Made by a program: the position numbers and the translations under genes. This document shows positions 59,101-64,000 of a stretch of DNA of 64,000 nucleotides, piece after piece (positions within the stretch are counted from its first letter, which is position 1; each line of letters opens with the position of its first letter). The stretch is from Patescibacteria group bacterium (GTDB taxonomy: Bacteria > Patescibacteriota > UBA1384 > UBA12157 > JAENIV01), in the NCBI GenBank assembly GCA_041666185.1, contig JBAYHL010000003.1:935-64934 (forward strand), written 5' to 3'. The notes beneath the pieces are model-generated. The model saw nothing but the letters and a program-made list of their open reading frames with translations. It did no database searches and had not been told where the DNA came from.

Positions 59101-60837
59101 ATGAAGTTTGAAAATATTAGAAATTTTTGTATTATTGCCCACATTGATCATGGAAAATCGACATTAGCTGATAGAATGTTAGAGGTGACTGGAACAATTT
59201 CAAAAGATAAAATTAAGCCACAAATGTTAGACACGATGGATTTGGAGCGCGAACGAGGTATAACAATTAAACTACAGCCAGTAAGAATGGAATATGAAAT
59301 TGCTGGTTTGGTATATACTCTAAACTTAATTGATACTCCTGGTCATGTAGATTTTTCTTATGAAGTTTCTCGTTCATTAGCGGCTGTTGAGGGGGCGATT
59401 TTATTAGTTGATGCAACGAAAGGTATTCAGGCCCAAACTTTAGCAAACTTACATTTAGCCCAGGCTCATAATTTAACAATCATTCCGGTGATAAATAAAA
59501 TTGATTTAGTAAATGCTGAGGTTGAGAGGGTAGAGGAAGAGATTGAAGAACTGCTGCAAATCGATAGAAATGAAATTATAAAAGTTTCTGCTAAAACTGG
59601 TGAGGGAGTGGAAAAAGTTTTGAAAGAAGTTGTTGAAAAGATTCCGGCACCAAAAAAAGAAGTAGGGGATAAATTTAAAGCATTAATTTTCGATTCTGTT
59701 TATGATTCTTTTCGTGGAGTTATTGCTTACGTTAGGGTTTTCGAAGGTGCGATTAAAAAGGGAAGCAAGATTGAATTTTTGGCTAATCAAAAAACCGAGG
59801 ACACAATCGAAGTGGGGGAATTTAAACTTAAATATTTGCCAAAGGACACATTGGAGGCGGGGGAGATAGGTTATATTATTACCGGCGCTAAAAATCTAAG
59901 TGAGGTCCAAGTTGGTGACACGATTACTTCAGAATCCCCTGTTAATGTCTCCCCTATTGCCGGTTTTAAAAAATTGCAACCAATGGTTTTCGCTAACTTT
60001 TTTATGCAGGGTGAGGATACTAGTTCCCTTCGCCAAGCATTAGAAAAACTTCAACTTAATGATTCTAGTTTGACTTTTTTGCCAGAAAATTCCGAAGCTT
60101 TTGGCCAAGGTTTTAGATGTGGTTTTTTGGGATTATTGCATTTAGAAATTATTAAAGAACGTTTAGAGCGTGAATACGATCTTGATTTAATTGTTACTCA
60201 GCCTTCGGTAATGTATAAAACACATGAAGTTAATGGAAAAATTGAATACGAAGAGCCTTGGGTTGATTTAGAGATAATCACACCACCTCAACATATGGGG
60301 GCGATAATGGAGCTTGTTCAATCAAAGAGAGGTGTTTATAAAAATACTCATTATATTGGTGATCGGACTTTGCTTGATTACGAAGTGCCGCTTTCAGAAA
60401 TAATTGTTGATTTTTATGATAAATTAAAGTCTGGCAGTTCTGGTTATGCGTCGCAAAATTATGAATTGATTGGCTGGCGGCCAGGTGATCTTGTCAAGCT
60501 TGATGTAATGATTGCCGGCGATGTGATTTCTGAATTTAATCGCATTGTCCCCCGCTCGCGCGTTCAGAGTGAGTCTCAAAGTCTAGCTTTAAAATTAAAA
60601 GATTTAATTCCACGGCAAATGTTTGAAGTTGCTATTCAAGTTGCGGTTGGTGGTAAAATTTTGGCTCGTGAAAATATTTCTGCTATGAAAAAAGATGTTA
60701 CGGCTAAACTTTATGGCGGTGATGTTACTCGTAAGAATAAACTACTTAAAAAACAGGCTAAAGGTAAGAAGAAGATGAAGAGCTTAGGTCGAGTTGAAAT
60801 TCCTAGCAATGTTTTTATCGATATTTTAAAGTCCTAA
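59101..60837 (+). CDS. lepA: Elongation factor 4 (LepA)
   Basis: NFCIIAHIDHGKSTLADR G-domain and a LepA-specific C-terminal domain. Confidence 0.85.
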   Translation: MKFENIRNFCIIAHIDHGKSTLADRMLEVTGTISKDKIKPQMLDTMDLERERGITIKLQPVRMEYEIAGLVYTLNLIDTPGHVDFSYEVSRSLAAVEGAILLVDATKGIQAQTLANLHLAQAHNLTIIPVINKIDLVNAEVERVEEEIEELLQIDRNEIIKVSAKTGEGVEKVLKEVVEKIPAPKKEVGDKFKALIFDSVYDSFRGVIAYVRVFEGAIKKGSKIEFLANQKTEDTIEVGEFKLKYLPKDTLEAGEIGYIITGAKNLSEVQVGDTITSESPVNVSPIAGFKKLQPMVFANFFMQGEDTSSLRQALEKLQLNDSSLTFLPENSEAFGQGFRCGFLGLLHLEIIKERLEREYDLDLIVTQPSVMYKTHEVNGKIEYEEPWVDLEIITPPQHMGAIMELVQSKRGVYKNTHYIGDRTLLDYEVPLSEIIVDFYDKLKSGSSGYASQNYELIGWRPGDLVKLDVMIAGDVISEFNRIVPRSRVQSESQSLALKLKDLIPRQMFEVAIQVAVGGKILARENISAMKKDVTAKLYGGDVTRKNKLLKKQAKGKKKMKSLGRVEIPSNVFIDILKS

Positions 60838-60872
60838 ATTTTAAAAAACCCGAGAATAATTCCCGGGCAAAG
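60838..60872 (-). terminator. Terminator for the minus-strand lipoprotein gene (hairpin CCCGGG..CTCGGG plus T-run on the minus strand)
   Basis: Seen directly in the sequence. Confidence 0.4.
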
Positions 60873-60878
60873 ATGCGC

Positions 60879-61220
60879 TCAAAAGCGGTAAAGTTTTATG
60901 TTAGCATCTGTTGTGAGGTGGTAATCCCCTGCATAAATCGATGGCTCGATATTGTCGACTTTGTAACCCCAGTTACCAGTAAGCCCGTTGATGGTAGTTT
61001 TCTTATCCCCTTTTTGGTATGGGAAGGCGGTTTTGATAGCATCGACAACCGTACTATTGGGTTCGAGAGTTACAATCTTGCTGGTCTGTCCCTCTAGGTC
61101 AACCTTGACCTTGATGCTGGGATTTGGTGTTTGATTTTCTCCGCTGCCGCCACCGCAGCCAGCGATTAAAACACTAATTAGCAAAGCACCCGTAAATTTC
61201 AGAAATTCTCGTCTTTTCAT
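60879..61220 (-). CDS. Tat-signal lipoprotein, hypothetical (the ORF extends to 61289, but the ATG at 61220 has an RBS)
   Basis: RREFLKF twin-arginine motif, lipobox LIAGC, RBS ggaggag. Confidence 0.5.
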   Translation of the reverse strand: MKRREFLKFTGALLISVLIAGCGGGSGENQTPNPSIKVKVDLEGQTSKIVTLEPNSTVVDAIKTAFPYQKGDKKTTINGLTGNWGYKVDNIEPSIYAGDYHLTTDANIKLYRF

Positions 61221-61329
61221 CGTCTCCTCCATCACAGACATTACAGAATTAACATAAACTAATATTAACCTAATTTTTCTCTTTTTCAAGGGTTTTGGGT
61301 GAGGATTTAAATTATGTTACAATTAGATT

Positions 61330-62502
61330 ATGATCATACATAAAATATATATTGGTGGTTGGTTTCAGAGGACAACTCTGCATCTCACCGAAGTTTGGGA
61401 TTTTTTAAAAAGTGGAAAAACAGATCTGTCTTTTGATGCGGAGGAATTTAAATTAGCTCGAGAAAGACTTGATGTCAAAGATATTTCTAGACAAAATAAT
61501 TTTTTAGAATACGTTTTTGTTAACACAAATGATAAAATAGATTATCGAATATACGAAGATGGTTTAATCGTATTAGAAAAAGAATTTGAAGATTTAGAAA
61601 AAGATTTTAAAGCAATTAAAGATTATTATGACAGCAAACTTTCTAAGAGTTTATCATATTTATTTAGCAAAGGTGCGCCCGTACCTAAAGAATTAGCCAA
61701 TATTAAGACAATTTTGCCGTATATTGTTATGGTAAGTGATGCAACTAAGCAAGAGGCTCAAGAATTATTTAATGATCATAATGAAGAAGTCTACTCAATG
61801 TTGTCTACTGGGAAAATTGAAGTTTATCGTAGCCCAGGCATCATTTTAATTAATAATTTAGAAAGCGATAAATTAGCTAGGGAAATAATTGAAGCAGAAA
61901 TATTCTTTCGTGAGTATAAGACACAACTACATAGGTATTTATCGATTCATCGAACTATTTGGGAGAAAATAGAAAGAATTAAAGAGTTGGACGAAATTAA
62001 GGGTAGTGAGATTGAAAAGTATAGAAACGAACTATCGATTTATCAAAAAACCATTACTTTAATAGACGCTAGAATAGAACAAATGGATACCTATATTCAA
62101 ACTAGGCAAAAAATTGTAAATTTACAGCAAATTGACGAAAAGCTCAAGCCATTATTTGATTTTAAGTATGAAACTTTACAAGATACTCATGAATATATTA
62201 AAGATTTGTGGTTAATGACTAAGGATTATCTTGATTCAGCCATACAAATGCTTGAAGAATTACAATCTCAAAGTACGGTTAGTGCAATTTCTTCCTTGAG
62301 ACTAATCACTAGTATCGGGGTTGTTGCTGGTGTTGTCGGCTATTTAGAAGTTAAAAAAATACCTAAATTTACTCTTGAAGGAATATTTTATTTTATCATT
62401 CTTTTGGTGGCAGCGATTGCTGTTAATCAGTTAATTACAAAATTTTATTTGACAAAAAAATATCGTATTGATGATCAAGAAATCGATAAGAACATTAAAT
62501 AA
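61330..62502 (+). CDS. Hypothetical coiled-coil protein with a C-terminal TM anchor
   Basis: 390-aa ORF. No recognisable domain. Confidence 0.4.
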   Translation: MIIHKIYIGGWFQRTTLHLTEVWDFLKSGKTDLSFDAEEFKLARERLDVKDISRQNNFLEYVFVNTNDKIDYRIYEDGLIVLEKEFEDLEKDFKAIKDYYDSKLSKSLSYLFSKGAPVPKELANIKTILPYIVMVSDATKQEAQELFNDHNEEVYSMLSTGKIEVYRSPGIILINNLESDKLAREIIEAEIFFREYKTQLHRYLSIHRTIWEKIERIKELDEIKGSEIEKYRNELSIYQKTITLIDARIEQMDTYIQTRQKIVNLQQIDEKLKPLFDFKYETLQDTHEYIKDLWLMTKDYLDSAIQMLEELQSQSTVSAISSLRLITSIGVVAGVVGYLEVKKIPKFTLEGIFYFIILLVAAIAVNQLITKFYLTKKYRIDDQEIDKNIK

Positions 62503-62576
62503 ATTATTATATAAGTATTGAAAAGAGTGTATTTGTATACATCGAGATTGGGATTTTAAATTACAAAAGGAGGATT

Positions 62577-63161
62577 ATGTCTCGATCGAAAGGGATGAGC
62601 ACTATTTGGGTGGTTTTAATTTCAGTTGGAGCAACATTGTTGTTCCTTGGGGTTATTGGTCTCGTTTGGTATAGCACGTCTCAGCTTAAAAAAGCATCAG
62701 AGATTACTAAAAACCAAACTCCAACTCTTTCTGCTAGCCCTTCAGCTAGCCCGTCTTCAAAAGCTCCTGTTGAGGAACCGGCTCAAATTGCCGAGAATTT
62801 TCAAAAAAGTATTTTTGATACATTTTCCGGTTCCAGTATTGATTTAACTAAGGCTAAAAGCTATCTCACACAAGAACTTCAAGCAAAAGTTGATGACACG
62901 AAAGAATCATATTGGGATTTACATAATGTTTACATTGTCGCCGGTCCTTGTCGAATAAGTACTGAAGAGCTAGACAAGACCAGTACCACGGCAACGGCTC
63001 AAGTTAGCGCTGAATGGGGAATAGGTACGTGTAATATTACATCGATGCAACCAGAATTTCAATACAAGATGGTAAATGACAACGGTCAGTGGAAAATTTC
63101 TCAAATTGTACCGCTTCATCCTGATACAGAAGGTCAAGAAAACGTTCCTAGAGGTTTTTGA
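62577..63161 (+). CDS. Membrane-anchored hypothetical protein (N-terminal TM helix, S/P linker, small globular domain)
   Basis: RBS aaggagg. N-terminal hydrophobic helix. Confidence 0.45.
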   Translation: MSRSKGMSTIWVVLISVGATLLFLGVIGLVWYSTSQLKKASEITKNQTPTLSASPSASPSSKAPVEEPAQIAENFQKSIFDTFSGSSIDLTKAKSYLTQELQAKVDDTKESYWDLHNVYIVAGPCRISTEELDKTSTTATAQVSAEWGIGTCNITSMQPEFQYKMVNDNGQWKISQIVPLHPDTEGQENVPRGF

Positions 63162-63202
63162 GTTTACTAAAAAAGTGGACTTTCGTCCACTTGATATGTG
63201 AT

Positions 63203-63865
63203 TTAAAGATAAGATGTTAGCTTTTCGGCTATTTCTTTAAGCCATTCATAAGGGTTATCAGGTCTTTGATTGATTTGACTTGTAATTTGGATAATGGCTT
63301 TTTCTTGTCTATCCATCATGTAAAAAATATCTGTAGTGTCATTTTCCGGACGATAAGTATGATATAGCTCTTTGCACAAACGAACAATGGCTTCTTTGCC
63401 TGGCATTTTGAGGTTATCAAGTTTAACATCTTCCCCTTGTTGGTGGCATTCTGTAAACAGAAAATAACCATAACTACCATTGCCGTCTTTTGCCAAATCA
63501 GTAAAGAAAGTAATACATTCAACATAATCTTTGGAAATCTTTGTTTCGTTTAGTGAAAGTGTAAGGTCAACTGTAAAATCTCCAAATCCCGTTGGGTCCA
63601 TGCCATCGGCAAAATGGTTTTCACTTATCCATTTCTGCTTTGGATCAAAAAGGTCCTCATTCCACGTTTGTGCCTGTCTAGCTGAATATTCATCGGTCAG
63701 GTCAAGATGAGCGCTAGAATAGGTTGGACTAAATGTTATTATTCCTAGATTGCCGACTAAATAACTGCGTTGAGCTGGCCGTTGCGCCCGCTCTGCCTCT
63801 TCTTGAGCTTGCCGCTTAATATAATTGGCTTGTATTTCTTCTATTGATTGCAGTTGACCTAGCAT
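63203..63865 (-). CDS. Hypothetical cytoplasmic protein
   Basis: 220-aa ORF. RBS aaggagg on the minus strand. Confidence 0.4.
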   Translation of the reverse strand: MLGQLQSIEEIQANYIKRQAQEEAERAQRPAQRSYLVGNLGIITFSPTYSSAHLDLTDEYSARQAQTWNEDLFDPKQKWISENHFADGMDPTGFGDFTVDLTLSLNETKISKDYVECITFFTDLAKDGNGSYGYFLFTECHQQGEDVKLDNLKMPGKEAIVRLCKELYHTYRPENDTTDIFYMMDRQEKAIIQITSQINQRPDNPYEWLKEIAEKLTSYL

Positions 63866-64000
63866 AAGTATTCCTCCTTTTTAAGGTACAAGTTCAAACT
63901 CAGATTTTAATATAGCACTCGGTAAAATTTCTGGCAACAATTCTTGCGGTGACCTGATTGAAATAAAAATATTGTTATGTTACCTTAAAAGAGAAAAAGA

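Noticed and set aside
60873-61097. 74-aa ORF (+)
   Set aside because: Antisense to the Tat-lipoprotein gene, with no RBS.

Overview
This AT-rich window (about 38-40% GC by eye) is densely packed on the + strand with small genes, TTG/GTG start codons and one giant gene. By inference it comes from a reduced-genome bacterium, plausibly Patescibacteria/CPR-like. Housekeeping content in order: pnp (3' part), uracil-DNA glycosylase, RNase J, FtsK, a GAF-PAS histidine kinase with a receiver-only response regulator, a type IV pilin-like gene, a RodZ-like gene, recA-recX, PEP synthase, an RRM protein, dnaG-rpoD, ftsH, murJ, cca, lepA and six tRNA loci. One tRNA carries a UAU anticodon and one is an initiator with a C1:U72 mismatch. 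The standout feature is a putative operon running tRNA-Asn, DUF948, YtxH, a membrane protein, an orphan receiver, an HPt protein and an 18-kb gene (28775..46831). That gene encodes a 6018-aa threonine/glycine/asparagine-rich beta-helix-like surface protein, built from about 3.5-kb super-repeats that are near-identical at the DNA level. The giant protein and a second 1607-aa BNR/Ycf48-repeat surface protein (1205..6028) share an N-terminal signal-anchor motif. They also share a C-terminal cassette of carboxypeptidase-regulatory-like domain, several TM helices, and a second such domain. I infer a dedicated, undescribed surface-anchoring module. Other signals are listed below. First, a duplicated consensus promoter and conserved leader, in inverted orientation, drives an L,D-transpeptidase gene and a CAP-domain gene. 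Second, a TTGTTAGTT box motif recurs in three promoter regions. Third, a small GC-rich islet holds two GIY-YIG genes flanking tRNA-Ser. Fourth, a tRNA 3' fragment sits beside tRNA-Ile. Fifth, GC-rich structured elements flank recA. Sixth, there is a structured candidate ncRNA after rnj. Seventh, several small ORFs are missing from the ORF track.
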